Positions 38,356 through 47,212 of a stretch of DNA of 48,442 bases are shown in pieces. Position 1 is the first letter of the stretch. Each line of letters opens with the position of its first letter. The translations under genes and the position numbers were made by a program. The stretch lies in the NCBI GenBank assembly GCA_045805065.1, contig JBJMMA010000055.1, positions 1 to 48,442 on the forward strand, read 5' to 3'. The DNA is from Bdellovibrionia bacterium. GTDB taxonomy: Bacteria > Bdellovibrionota > UBA1018. The notes beneath the pieces are model-generated. The model made no database searches, had not been told where the DNA came from, and saw nothing but the letters and a program-made list of their open reading frames with translations.

Positions 38356-39201
38356 TCAGCCGCGTTGTTCAGCGGCCCAGACCGTATTTCGAAGGAGAAT
38401 TGCGATCGTCATCGGACCCACACCACCTGGCACTGGAGTGATGGCCGAAGCCTTTTTTGAAACCTCGTCGTAAGCGACGTCACCAACGATTTTACCTGAC
38501 TCCAGCCGGTTGATTCCGACGTCAATCACCACAGCACCCTCACGAACAAAGTCCGCACGAACAAACTCTGGCTTGCCAATCGCCGCAACGACAATGTCAG
38601 CCTGGCGGCAAACCGCTGGAAGGTTAGGGGTCTTGCTATGACAAGTAATCACGGTCGCATTGGCTTGCAAGAGAAGGGAAGACATTGGCTTTCCAACAAT
38701 GGAGCTTCTACCAATCACGCAAGCAATCTTGCCGGCAGGATTGATCTCATAATGTTTTAAAAGCTCCATCACGCCAGCGGGCGTACAAGGAGCAAAAGCC
38801 GGAAGTCCAAGCACCAGTCGCCCCGTATTGATGGGATGAAACGCATCGACATCTTTTTCGGGCGCAACCCAGTAGAGGACTTCTTCCTCTTTGAAACCTT
38901 TAGGAAGGGGACGCTGTATGAGAATCCCGTCCACCGAGCGATCTGCGTTGAGACGATCGATGACGGCTTTTACTTCTTGAGGCGTTGAGGTCGCAGGAAG
39001 CTTGATCGACTCATGCTCCATTCCCACTTTGACAGCTGCTTCGCCTTTGCGGCGCGTATAGATCACGCTTGCTGGATCTTCACCGACCAAAACAACGGAG
39101 AGCTTCGGAGCGCGATGCGCTCCAGCCTTGAAGGCAGCGACCCGCTGCGCGACTTCGTGATGAATCTTTTCAACAACGGGCTTGGCGAGGAGCTGCTGCA
39201 T
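38356..39201 (-). CDS. folD: bifunctional methylene-THF dehydrogenase/cyclohydrolase
   Basis: KDVDAFH, PCTPAG, GRSSIVGKP, IDVGIN, TPVPGGVGPMT. Confidence 0.98.
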   Translation of the reverse strand: MQQLLAKPVVEKIHHEVAQRVAAFKAGAHRAPKLSVVLVGEDPASVIYTRRKGEAAVKVGMEHESIKLPATSTPQEVKAVIDRLNADRSVDGILIQRPLPKGFKEEEVLYWVAPEKDVDAFHPINTGRLVLGLPAFAPCTPAGVMELLKHYEINPAGKIACVIGRSSIVGKPMSSLLLQANATVITCHSKTPNLPAVCRQADIVVAAIGKPEFVRADFVREGAVVIDVGINRLESGKIVGDVAYDEVSKKASAITPVPGGVGPMTIAILLRNTVWAAEQRG

Positions 39202-39307
39202 GCGGATTTAATATCACAAGACCGAGCAAAGTATGGGTACGAAAAGGACTCTATCTTGCGATAAAATGACTGACAAATATGCTCAAAACACTCTTCGCGC
39301 GACGAGT

Positions 39308-40291
39308 TCAGTTACGATAGGCATCCTCGTCAAGGATCCTGCGCATCGCATTGATCATGCGTTTGTTTTGTTCAGGTACGGTCAGCGTGGGAAGACGAAG
39401 AATTTCCGGTCCCGTTAAAGCATTCAGTTCACTTTGAATCGCATCGAAGACGAGTTTTGTCAGTCGCTGAGGATCTGTCTTCAGTAGATGTGCAGCATAG
39501 GAATGATGAACAAACGCGGATCTTGCTGGCCCCAGTCTGATATGTGGATCGGTGGCAGTCCATGAGTCGACATCAAGAGGCGCCGCGAAGTTTCTAGCCT
39601 TCCTTACCTTTGAGATGATGTCGGCAGGATACCCCGCACTTTCAAGAGCCGGTCTGAGTGTGAAATCTTCTGCACTGAAAATCGCCTGGGCATTTTTACT
39701 GATCGCGACCGCGAAAACATCCGCGAACAATTCGTCATAGCTTGAGACAATAGCGCGAAAGTCATTTTCGCTGATGTAGCCCATTTGCTCGAGCGAGTCG
39801 CGCCGTCCCTTGTAGAACATCTTCAGCCAGTCTTCTTGAGTGCCGGAGTTATGTCTAAAAATGAAGTGACCGAACTCGTGATTGAATATCGTTTGAGAGT
39901 GTCGACGACCCTTGGAAATGACTTTTCCGTCCTGCTTAAATCCATACAGATAGGGACTCGTTATTCTTTCAAGGCTCGGGTTGTACTGCGGCATCTCGTA
40001 TATCGAACCGTTGCGGCCGGTAAGCTCAGGGACGTAGAGATCTAACTTTGAGGGAAACGTAAAATACTTCTCAGCGAATGCTGCTGCTCTCTTTGCATCC
40101 ATCACGACTTCGGCAACTTTAGCTTCGCTCGCAGAGCCTGCAATGACGTTTATACTCAAGAGCGGGCGGGACAGACTCTCTTCGAGAGATGCAGCAATAC
40201 AAGACGAAGCGGCGGGTTTTTCCGAAGAATATCCGGAAACCGAAACCAAGACTGTAAGCATTCCAAGGGTCCAGGATAGGATCCGGGTCAT
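39308..40291 (-). CDS. secreted putative zinc metallopeptidase (gluzincin-like)
   Basis: Signal peptide; FNHEFGH followed by DELFAD. Confidence 0.65.
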   Translation of the reverse strand: MTRILSWTLGMLTVLVSVSGYSSEKPAASSCIAASLEESLSRPLLSINVIAGSASEAKVAEVVMDAKRAAAFAEKYFTFPSKLDLYVPELTGRNGSIYEMPQYNPSLERITSPYLYGFKQDGKVISKGRRHSQTIFNHEFGHFIFRHNSGTQEDWLKMFYKGRRDSLEQMGYISENDFRAIVSSYDELFADVFAVAISKNAQAIFSAEDFTLRPALESAGYPADIISKVRKARNFAAPLDVDSWTATDPHIRLGPARSAFVHHSYAAHLLKTDPQRLTKLVFDAIQSELNALTGPEILRLPTLTVPEQNKRMINAMRRILDEDAYRN

Positions 40292-40298
40292 TAAGAAC

Positions 40299-40325
40299 TA
40301 TTCGGAAACTTTATAACACGACTGA
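40299..40325 (-). promoter_or_regulatory. putative sigma28-like promoter, leaderless
   Basis: TCAG-N15-TCCGAATA, 7 nt before ATG 40291; no SD. Confidence 0.5.
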
Positions 40326-40342
40326 AGCAGGTTTTAGGAAGT

Positions 40343-41233
40343 CTACTGCCGAGCTAAGTCTTTGAAGTCAAAGGAAAGATCGAATGATAGTGCGTTCTCG
40401 ACAAGGTCCTTTGAGCATAATCCAATTAACTTTTTAGGATCACCGCCCGCGAAGTCCCGTAAAAGCGTTCTGACCCAAACCCAAGCCCAGACGTAATGAG
40501 CGTAATCAGGCATCTCAGGCTTGTATCGGGAACCGTTGTACCAACGGCTCCAGTCACCATTAGGACTTGAGAGCTCTTTTTTAATCTCGCGATCCACGGC
40601 ATGACCGTTCTCGATCACGTAACGAAAAGTCTCTTCGTTCTGATAGCAGTACTTCCAAGGGTCTTGGCCTGGAACGAGAACTTCAGAAATCGCGCAGGCG
40701 ATGCCTTCGCTAAAAAGATGCTCAATATCAGGCATCGATTCCAAGTAAACGTGACGTTCCATCTTGGGATCAAGCCCCCAGCCGGTCCAGGTGCTTGGGC
40801 GAGTCTCGCGCGCAACGTGAGTCAGCTCATGCGTTTCAAGAACGTCCAGGTACGCGCCCAGGCGATGACTCTCATCAACACCCAAGAAGACTTTATGGCG
40901 GCCGCGCTCAAAACGCGCAAAACCATCCATCGCCTCAAAGGCGCCACAAAGAAGAACCTCTCCTTCAAGCTCAAAGCCCAGAAGCTTTCCCATTTCAGCG
41001 ATCCAATGACGGACGCGCTTTTCTTCAAACTCAGGATCCAGGTGAAGCGCCTCTTCCCGGTAGCGTGCCCATTCGACTTCGGTATCAAAGGGGACGCCCC
41101 AGTTCATGAACATCTCACCCGCGTAAGGAATCATTGGCCGAGCATAATGGCGGACAAATTCGCTTTCGGTCGGTAGGTTCTCCCAGCGATTGAGGCAGTC
41201 TTTTAATATTGAGAGGCTGTTTAAAACTTTCAT
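40343..41233 (-). CDS. putative Zn-dependent protease (DUF2268-like)
   Basis: THELTH plus SEGIA downstream; start moved to ATG 41233. Confidence 0.65.
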   Translation of the reverse strand: MKVLNSLSILKDCLNRWENLPTESEFVRHYARPMIPYAGEMFMNWGVPFDTEVEWARYREEALHLDPEFEEKRVRHWIAEMGKLLGFELEGEVLLCGAFEAMDGFARFERGRHKVFLGVDESHRLGAYLDVLETHELTHVARETRPSTWTGWGLDPKMERHVYLESMPDIEHLFSEGIACAISEVLVPGQDPWKYCYQNEETFRYVIENGHAVDREIKKELSSPNGDWSRWYNGSRYKPEMPDYAHYVWAWVWVRTLLRDFAGGDPKKLIGLCSKDLVENALSFDLSFDFKDLARQ

Positions 41234-41493
41234 GGAAATCTTTTCCGTCGTGTACAAACCTTACCGCGTTTGATGGCCAACATGGGAACTTTCTTCCCTA
41301 TGAAACCTGTCTTTTTTGCCGGTCCGGAAAACTTTGCTCAGTCAATTTTGCCCAGTCAAAAAGCCGCCACTGGAGCGGCTCTCGGGGCAAAAGAATTGTT
41401 TTAGAGCAATTCTCTTTTGAGTTTCATGGACATAAAAACGGACCACGACTCAAAAAAGGCCGGGGCAAATTCTGCCGATCTAAAGAAAATGGC

Positions 41494-41510
41494 TCGGCAT
41501 GCCGATTGCT
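41494..41510 (+). promoter_or_regulatory. putative sigma54 promoter of the flgF operon
   Basis: TCGGCATGCCGATTGCT (GG-N10-GC), about 50 nt upstream of flgF. Confidence 0.65.
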
Positions 41511-41561
41511 TTCTTTCCTATCCAGAGGCGTTCATGAAGAACCCTCTGGGGGAGAGTAAAG

Positions 41562-42458
41562 TTGGCAACAGGACTGTGGACATCCGTATCGGGAGCGGCG
41601 TCGCAAGCGGCGAACGTCGATATCATCTCGAACAATCTCGCCAACACCGACACTCCGGCGTTCAAGAAGGACGCTGCCGAGTTCAAGGAATACCTTTCCG
41701 TAAAAGAACGCGAGCACGGTGCCCAGGACATTCCGCGCGGTCCAATCAAAGACAAAGAGTTCTACCCACTCGATGGACGCGATCAATCCTTCGTTGTCAT
41801 GGATGGAACCTTTACCAATTTCAAACAAGGCAATCTTCGTGTCACCAACTCGCCGCTGGATGTGGCGATGGATGGCCCAGGATTTATTGAAGTGAGCACC
41901 CCGAACGGTGTTCGTTACACTAGACAAGGAAGTCTGAAATTGGCCATGGATGGCCGACTTGTAACGAACGAAGGTTACCCGGTGCTCTCTTCTCAGCCAG
42001 GCGGACTTGCTGCTCAGGCAGCGCTTCTCGCCCAGCAACAGCAACAAAATGGTGGCGCGCAAAACCGCGCGCCAGCCGGTGCTGTGAATCAAACGGTCGA
42101 TGCTGCAAGGTTCATCAACCTTCGTGACCGCGCCGGAAACCTCTCGATCACGCAATCGGGCGAGATCTATTCCGGAGATCAATTGATCGCAAAGCTCAGC
42201 GTTGTTGAGTTTCAGGACAACAACAAGCTCAGAAAGATCGGCGGCAGTCTTTATGAAGCTGGTGACACCGCAAATATTTCCACGAATCCTCAAAAGACAG
42301 TTGTTCGCCAAGGCGTCCTGGAGACGTCAAACGTGAACCCAATTGAGGAAATGACCAATCTCATTAAGGCTAACCGCATGTTTGAAGCGGATCTTAAGGC
42401 CATGAAAACCTATGGCGAGATGATGGGTCGCGAAGCAAACGACATCGGGAAACTGTGA
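41562..42458 (+). CDS. flgF: flagellar basal-body rod protein FlgF
   Basis: ISNNLANTDTPAFK, PLDVAMDGPGF, YTRQG, LETSNVNPIEEM; Gln-rich insertion; TTG start after GGAGAG. Confidence 0.9.
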   Translation: MATGLWTSVSGAASQAANVDIISNNLANTDTPAFKKDAAEFKEYLSVKEREHGAQDIPRGPIKDKEFYPLDGRDQSFVVMDGTFTNFKQGNLRVTNSPLDVAMDGPGFIEVSTPNGVRYTRQGSLKLAMDGRLVTNEGYPVLSSQPGGLAAQAALLAQQQQQNGGAQNRAPAGAVNQTVDAARFINLRDRAGNLSITQSGEIYSGDQLIAKLSVVEFQDNNKLRKIGGSLYEAGDTANISTNPQKTVVRQGVLETSNVNPIEEMTNLIKANRMFEADLKAMKTYGEMMGREANDIGKL

Positions 42459-42465
42459 ATAATTT

Positions 42466-43248
42466 ATGATCAGAACACTCAGCACAGCAGCAACAGGCCT
42501 TGAAGCGCAGCAAGCCAAGATCGAGCAGATCTCAAACGATCTCGCCAACGTGAACACTGATGGCTACAAGCGCAGCCGCAATGAGTTCCAAGACTTGATG
42601 TATGAAACGGTCAAGGAAGCTGGTGGATCTCTCGGCGCAAGCAGCCAGTCCCCAGTGGGCATTCAAACCGGCATGGGCGTGAAAGTGGGCGCAGCTCACA
42701 AAATTTTCGAACAAGGCCCAGCGCGCATGACTGGACATCCCTATGATCTGATGATCAATGGCCGCGGCTTTTTCCCGGTTCAATTACCAAATGGCGAAGT
42801 CGCTTACACTCGCACGGGCGCGTTCCACGTGGACTCTCAGGGAAGACTTCAGACCTCAAATGGCGCCCAGATGATTCCGCAGATCACGATTCCAAATAAT
42901 GCATTGAGCTTTACCGTGGGCGCAAATGGCGAAGTCAAAGCACAGCTTCCAAACGCTGGCGAGACGGTGCTGGGTCAGCTTCAGCTTGTGACCTTTTCAA
43001 ATGAGCAAGGCCTGACGGCGATGGGTGAAAATCTTTACAAAGTCTCTCCAGGAAGTGGCGCCCCGATTCAAGCGGTTCCAGGTGAAAACGGAATCGGAAC
43101 CATTGAGCAAGGCGCTCTTGAAGGATCAAACGTCAACGTCGCAAACAGCATGGTGGATATGATCTCCACCCAGCGTGCGTACGAAATGGGAACCAAAGTG
43201 ATGGGTGTTGCCGACCAGATGTGGGGCTCCACCATCAACGTGAAATAA
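42466..43248 (+). CDS. flgG: flagellar basal-body distal rod protein FlgG
   Basis: LANVNTDGYK, FQDLMY, GRGFF, YTRTG, LEGSNVN, QRAYE. Confidence 0.95.
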   Translation: MIRTLSTAATGLEAQQAKIEQISNDLANVNTDGYKRSRNEFQDLMYETVKEAGGSLGASSQSPVGIQTGMGVKVGAAHKIFEQGPARMTGHPYDLMINGRGFFPVQLPNGEVAYTRTGAFHVDSQGRLQTSNGAQMIPQITIPNNALSFTVGANGEVKAQLPNAGETVLGQLQLVTFSNEQGLTAMGENLYKVSPGSGAPIQAVPGENGIGTIEQGALEGSNVNVANSMVDMISTQRAYEMGTKVMGVADQMWGSTINVK

Positions 43249-43262
43249 GCGGGGATCGACTA

Positions 43263-43955
43263 GTGCTTCTAAGTAGAATTGCCATCATCACTCTCGTCGC
43301 AGCGATCCTCTCAGTAGCTTATGCTTCTGAGTCTGACCCTGTGTCGGCTTCCGTGAGCGCGGAGCTTGAAAAGCGCTTTCCCCACGCTCGAGTCGAGCTG
43401 ACGGATGAGATTCATTGGACGTCAAGCCGCCCTGAGGGTGAGATCGTCGCGATTCGTGTAGGCGATGAGAATGCCCGCGCTCAAGCAGGCTTTACTGTTG
43501 AGACGCGCGATGAGCATGGAATCCATCGTGGATACGGTTACGCAACCTTCGCAGCCTGGCTTCCTGCTCGCGTTTCCGTTCGTCGCGTGATGCCCGGAGA
43601 AAAGCTTCAAAACGATCAGTTCGCCCTTCAAGAAGTCAATGTGGCTTCGGGCGCAATGCGGGAATTTCGTGGAGTGATTTTGAATCAAGCGACTGACATC
43701 TCCCAGCTTCAAGCTCGGCAGACTCTGATCGAAGGCCAGCCTCTTTTAAGCTCAGCCATTGAGCGCGTGCCGGATGTTCGCCGCGGCGACTCTGTCCGAG
43801 TCAAAATCGTTTCGAATGGCCTGACGCTTTCCGCGCAAGCCACGGCCTCTGAGCCAGGCTTTATCAACGGCCCAATTCGTGTGCTGACCGCGCAGACCAA
43901 ACGCGAGCTCTCTGGAAAACTTGTCTCTTCGGGAGTTGTCGAGGTGAAACTATGA
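43263..43955 (+). CDS. flgA: flagellar P-ring assembly chaperone FlgA
   Basis: Signal peptide, SAF-like region, VRRGDSVRV...GLTLSAQATA...G..IRV; start moved to GTG 43263. Confidence 0.85.
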   Translation: MLLSRIAIITLVAAILSVAYASESDPVSASVSAELEKRFPHARVELTDEIHWTSSRPEGEIVAIRVGDENARAQAGFTVETRDEHGIHRGYGYATFAAWLPARVSVRRVMPGEKLQNDQFALQEVNVASGAMREFRGVILNQATDISQLQARQTLIEGQPLLSSAIERVPDVRRGDSVRVKIVSNGLTLSAQATASEPGFINGPIRVLTAQTKRELSGKLVSSGVVEVKL

Positions 43956-44989
43956 AACACCTAACCCTCTCGGCATTGCTGCTGGTCCTGGGCTCGCTGA
44001 CTTTTAGCGGATGCGCAGATCTTTTCGGCAGTCTGCGCCCCGATCTCGACGATAGACAGAACGCTTCCTTTGATGCGCCGACCGTGGGTGGACGGTGGTC
44101 TGAGCGCGGATTCTTGGATGAAAGCATGCCCGATGGTGGAAACCCTGGCCGCTTTTCAAACTTGGGTCATGGTGAGCGCGCACCTGCCAGTATGCGCGGT
44201 GCTCGTGGGGGTGATGATTGGGTAGATCCAGTACGCGCTGAGCAAAATCGCCGCGATCTGGCTCGTGATGAGGAAAATGGCGCTGAGAACGCAGACTCAA
44301 ACACGCCAACCTTTTCCAACACTCCAAATCTGCCACCATCGACGCGCAGAATGTACAAAAACGGTAATCGCGCCACTCGCGCAGACTTCATTGATGAATC
44401 CCCGAATGAGGGATCTCTTTGGGCGTCGGATGGTCAGACTAATTATTACTTCACCAAGAACAAGGTTCGCGGCGTGGGTGATATCATCACGATCAATATC
44501 GAAGATGGGATGATTCGTGACCTGGGTCTTGAGATCCGTCATACGCTCAATGAGCGTGAACGGGATGTCGAGATGGCTCTGGCAGAAGATCGGGCAAGAG
44601 CTCGTGTTGCTGGAGGAGCAGCTCCCGCTGCAAACTCCCCAGCCAACGGACAGAAGTCCGATGCCGTGGCAAGCACTTCAGCTGCGCCAAATCGCTCTCC
44701 TGCATCCGCAAACGATGCGGCAAATGCCGAAGCACCCAAGATTATGCCAAGCGATGTGGACGTCTCGAAGTCGCTTGAAGTGAAGCCTGGCGACACGATG
44801 ATGGCCGAGATCATCGAGCGCTATCCAAATGGAAACTACAAAATCCGCGGCACAAAGCGCGTCCTCTATAAGAACGGCACTCCAAGACTCGTCAACCTTG
44901 TGGGTGTGGTCCGGGGATCCGACATTGCTGAAGACGATACCGTCCCATCAGGAAAACTTTATGAATATCGCCTCGAAGCCGTACGCTAA
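43952..44989 (+). CDS. flgH: flagellar L-ring lipoprotein FlgH
   Basis: Lipobox FSGC, GSLW, VGDIITINI, YPNGNYKIRGTK, GVVR..DI..DDTVPS. Confidence 0.88.
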   Translation: MKHLTLSALLLVLGSLTFSGCADLFGSLRPDLDDRQNASFDAPTVGGRWSERGFLDESMPDGGNPGRFSNLGHGERAPASMRGARGGDDWVDPVRAEQNRRDLARDEENGAENADSNTPTFSNTPNLPPSTRRMYKNGNRATRADFIDESPNEGSLWASDGQTNYYFTKNKVRGVGDIITINIEDGMIRDLGLEIRHTLNERERDVEMALAEDRARARVAGGAAPAANSPANGQKSDAVASTSAAPNRSPASANDAANAEAPKIMPSDVDVSKSLEVKPGDTMMAEIIERYPNGNYKIRGTKRVLYKNGTPRLVNLVGVVRGSDIAEDDTVPSGKLYEYRLEAVR

Positions 44990-46028
44990 AAGAAATGCGC
45001 TCTTAGTCGCGCTCTTTGTTCTCTCGGCCACTGCAGCGCTCTGCATTCCGAAGAACAGCGATGCGGCAAGACTCAAGGACATTGCCACTGTGAAGGGCGT
45101 TCGCGAGAACATCCTGATTGGTTATGGCATCGTCGTGGGTCTTAAGGGTACCGGAGACTCAAGCACCGACGTGACCGGTCAATCGCTTGCGCGCCTTTTT
45201 GGAAAGCTTGGCCTGGATGTTCAGGGCAATGCCGCAGTCAAATCCAAGAACGCGGCTGCAGTCATTGTCACCGCGAAGCTTCCTCCGTTTGCTCGCGTGG
45301 GTAACGGGATCGACGTCACAGTCAGTTCGATTGGGGATGCTGGAAGCCTTGAAGGCGGCGTCCTTCTTGTCACGCCACTTCGCGCTGGCGACCAAAATGT
45401 GTATGCCGTGGCCCAAGGCCCGGTGAGTATCGGATCGGTTGCCGATGGCGCTTCCAAGAATTTCCCGACCGTGGGCCGTGTGGTCTCTGGAGCGACGATC
45501 GAAAAAGACGTGGACACCAATTTTGCCGGAAAAAAGAACTTCCGTCTTTCGCTTCACAATCCTGATTTCACGACCGCCGCGCGTCTTGCCACGATCATCA
45601 ATGGTGAGCTTGGTGGAAAGTTCGCGAGCGCTCGCGACAGCGGAACGATCGATGTCGTGGTTCCTTTCAACTACGAAGGAAACTCCGTTGAGCTCCTGGC
45701 AACGCTTGAAAACATTCAGGTCAATGTCGACTCGCGCGCCAAGGTTGTTCTGAACGAGCGCACGGGAACGGTTGTGATGGGCGAGCACATTGCGCTCACT
45801 CCGGTTGCGATCGCGCATGGCGACCTCTCGATTGAGATCAAAGGCGATGGCGCTGCTTCGGGCGCCGCTCCAAAACAAGGTAAAGTGATTGAATTCAAAT
45901 CCGCTGCCAATGTTTCGGATCTTGTAAAAGCGCTCAACACGATCGGTGTTCAGCCAAAAGATTTGACCGCAATTTTCCAAACCCTCAAGCAAGTCGGCGC
46001 CCTTCAGGCCGACGTGGAGATCATGTGA
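44961..46028 (+). CDS. flgI: flagellar P-ring protein FlgI
   Basis: RLKDIA..GVREN.LIGYGIVVGLKGTGD, KNAAAVIVTA.LPPF, NERTGTVVMG; start moved to ATG 44961. Confidence 0.96.
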   Translation: MNIASKPYAKRNALLVALFVLSATAALCIPKNSDAARLKDIATVKGVRENILIGYGIVVGLKGTGDSSTDVTGQSLARLFGKLGLDVQGNAAVKSKNAAAVIVTAKLPPFARVGNGIDVTVSSIGDAGSLEGGVLLVTPLRAGDQNVYAVAQGPVSIGSVADGASKNFPTVGRVVSGATIEKDVDTNFAGKKNFRLSLHNPDFTTAARLATIINGELGGKFASARDSGTIDVVVPFNYEGNSVELLATLENIQVNVDSRAKVVLNERTGTVVMGEHIALTPVAIAHGDLSIEIKGDGAASGAAPKQGKVIEFKSAANVSDLVKALNTIGVQPKDLTAIFQTLKQVGALQADVEIM

Positions 46029-46109
46029 TTTGTTGGAATGATTTTATTTTGGACGACGTTCTTGGACCTGTTTTGAATTTTGACAAAGATGAAACGTCGT
46101 ACACAAGTT

Positions 46110-46286
46110 GCCGCATGGTGCGAAATGGTCGGCCGAGTACTAGTGATGGTACCGAGGTCGTAAACCAAATCCAGGAAACAAGTCGGGAGAAACAGCCTGC
46201 TAGGATGGTGGGTCACTCTGAACTTGATTCAAATCGACACGAAGACATGGAAGTCGATCGGACCGACCGAGCACTCAATATGCGGC
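46110..46286 (+). ncRNA. candidate structured RNA element between flgI and flgJ
   Basis: Nested closing stems plus four internal hairpins found by eye (see findings); no known family recognised. Confidence 0.45.
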
Positions 46287-46299
46287 TGCGGGGGGAAGT

Positions 46300-46812
46300 G
46301 TGAATTCGATTTCACCTTCCTCCCGCCCCCCCTTTCCTCAGACGGGGGAAGGCGGAAACGAGCGCAGGGTCATTCAACGGACTACTTCGCTCGGTGACAA
46401 CCCTTTGACGGCCCCTGTGACGCCTGAAAAACGGCTCCCAGTGGTTGATAAATCAAAGGTCGATCCCCAGACGCTCAAGGCGGCTGAGGGAATGGAAGCC
46501 ATGTTCTTGGATTACATGATGAATCAGATGCGCAAGACGGTTCATAAAGAGAGCATGGATCTGGAAAACACCGGTACCGAAGTCTACCGGAGCATGCTCG
46601 ACAGTGAAGTGGCACAGAAGGCGGCGCGCGCAGGAGGCATAGGCCTCGCCGATCAGATCGTTGCTTATCTTGAATCGCAACGGTACAATTACATGCAGGG
46701 ACAAGGAGTCCCTCAGCCGAACCATGGAGGTTCGTCTGGACTAGACACTAGTAATTCTGGTGTCGACCGTAGTACAGGAGGTACCCATGCGGGTCAGCCA
46801 ATCAGGAAATAA
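46300..46812 (+). CDS. flgJ: FlgJ-type rod-binding protein (no muramidase domain)
   Basis: LKAAEGMEAMFLDYMMNQMRKTV...YRSMLDSEVA...GIGLADQI; lies between flgI and flgM. Confidence 0.85.
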   Translation: MNSISPSSRPPFPQTGEGGNERRVIQRTTSLGDNPLTAPVTPEKRLPVVDKSKVDPQTLKAAEGMEAMFLDYMMNQMRKTVHKESMDLENTGTEVYRSMLDSEVAQKAARAGGIGLADQIVAYLESQRYNYMQGQGVPQPNHGGSSGLDTSNSGVDRSTGGTHAGQPIRK

Positions 46813-47119
46813 TTCCCAAACCAGCGAAGTTGCCAGCAAGGTTAAGGTTACCCAAGCCCAGCAAACCAAGAAGGGTGAAAAAGCTGCAGAGGCCTCCACA
46901 ACTGCACGCCCAGCGGCCTCTGGTGATGCAAACACCGAGATTTCCGCAAAAGGAAAAGAGTTTGCGAAAGCGAAAGCCGTCGCAAGCGAAGCTCCAGATG
47001 TTCGCGAAGAAAAAATCGCAGCGCTCAAGGCTCGTATCGCTGAAGGCAAATACAAGCTTGATGCTGACGCGATCGCGGACCGCATGGTCGACGACCATCT
47101 CAAGATGGGAATCGGCTAA
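46787..47119 (+). CDS. flgM: anti-sigma28 factor FlgM
   Basis: EISAK, PDVREEKIAALKARIAEGKYKLDADAIADRM; AGGAGG SD, ATG 46787. Confidence 0.92.
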   Translation: MRVSQSGNNSQTSEVASKVKVTQAQQTKKGEKAAEASTTARPAASGDANTEISAKGKEFAKAKAVASEAPDVREEKIAALKARIAEGKYKLDADAIADRMVDDHLKMGIG

Positions 47120-47212
47120 AAGTTTTCGATATTGATTCGCCCAGGCCTTAGGCAGGAAGCCTAAACCGGCCTGTTTAGGAAATAATTCCTAAGCAACATT
47201 CAAGAGGAATGC

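Noticed and set aside
42821..42836. parS-like CGTTCCACGTGGACTC in flgG
   Set aside because: Four mismatches to the perfect sites and explained by the coding sequence AFHVDS.
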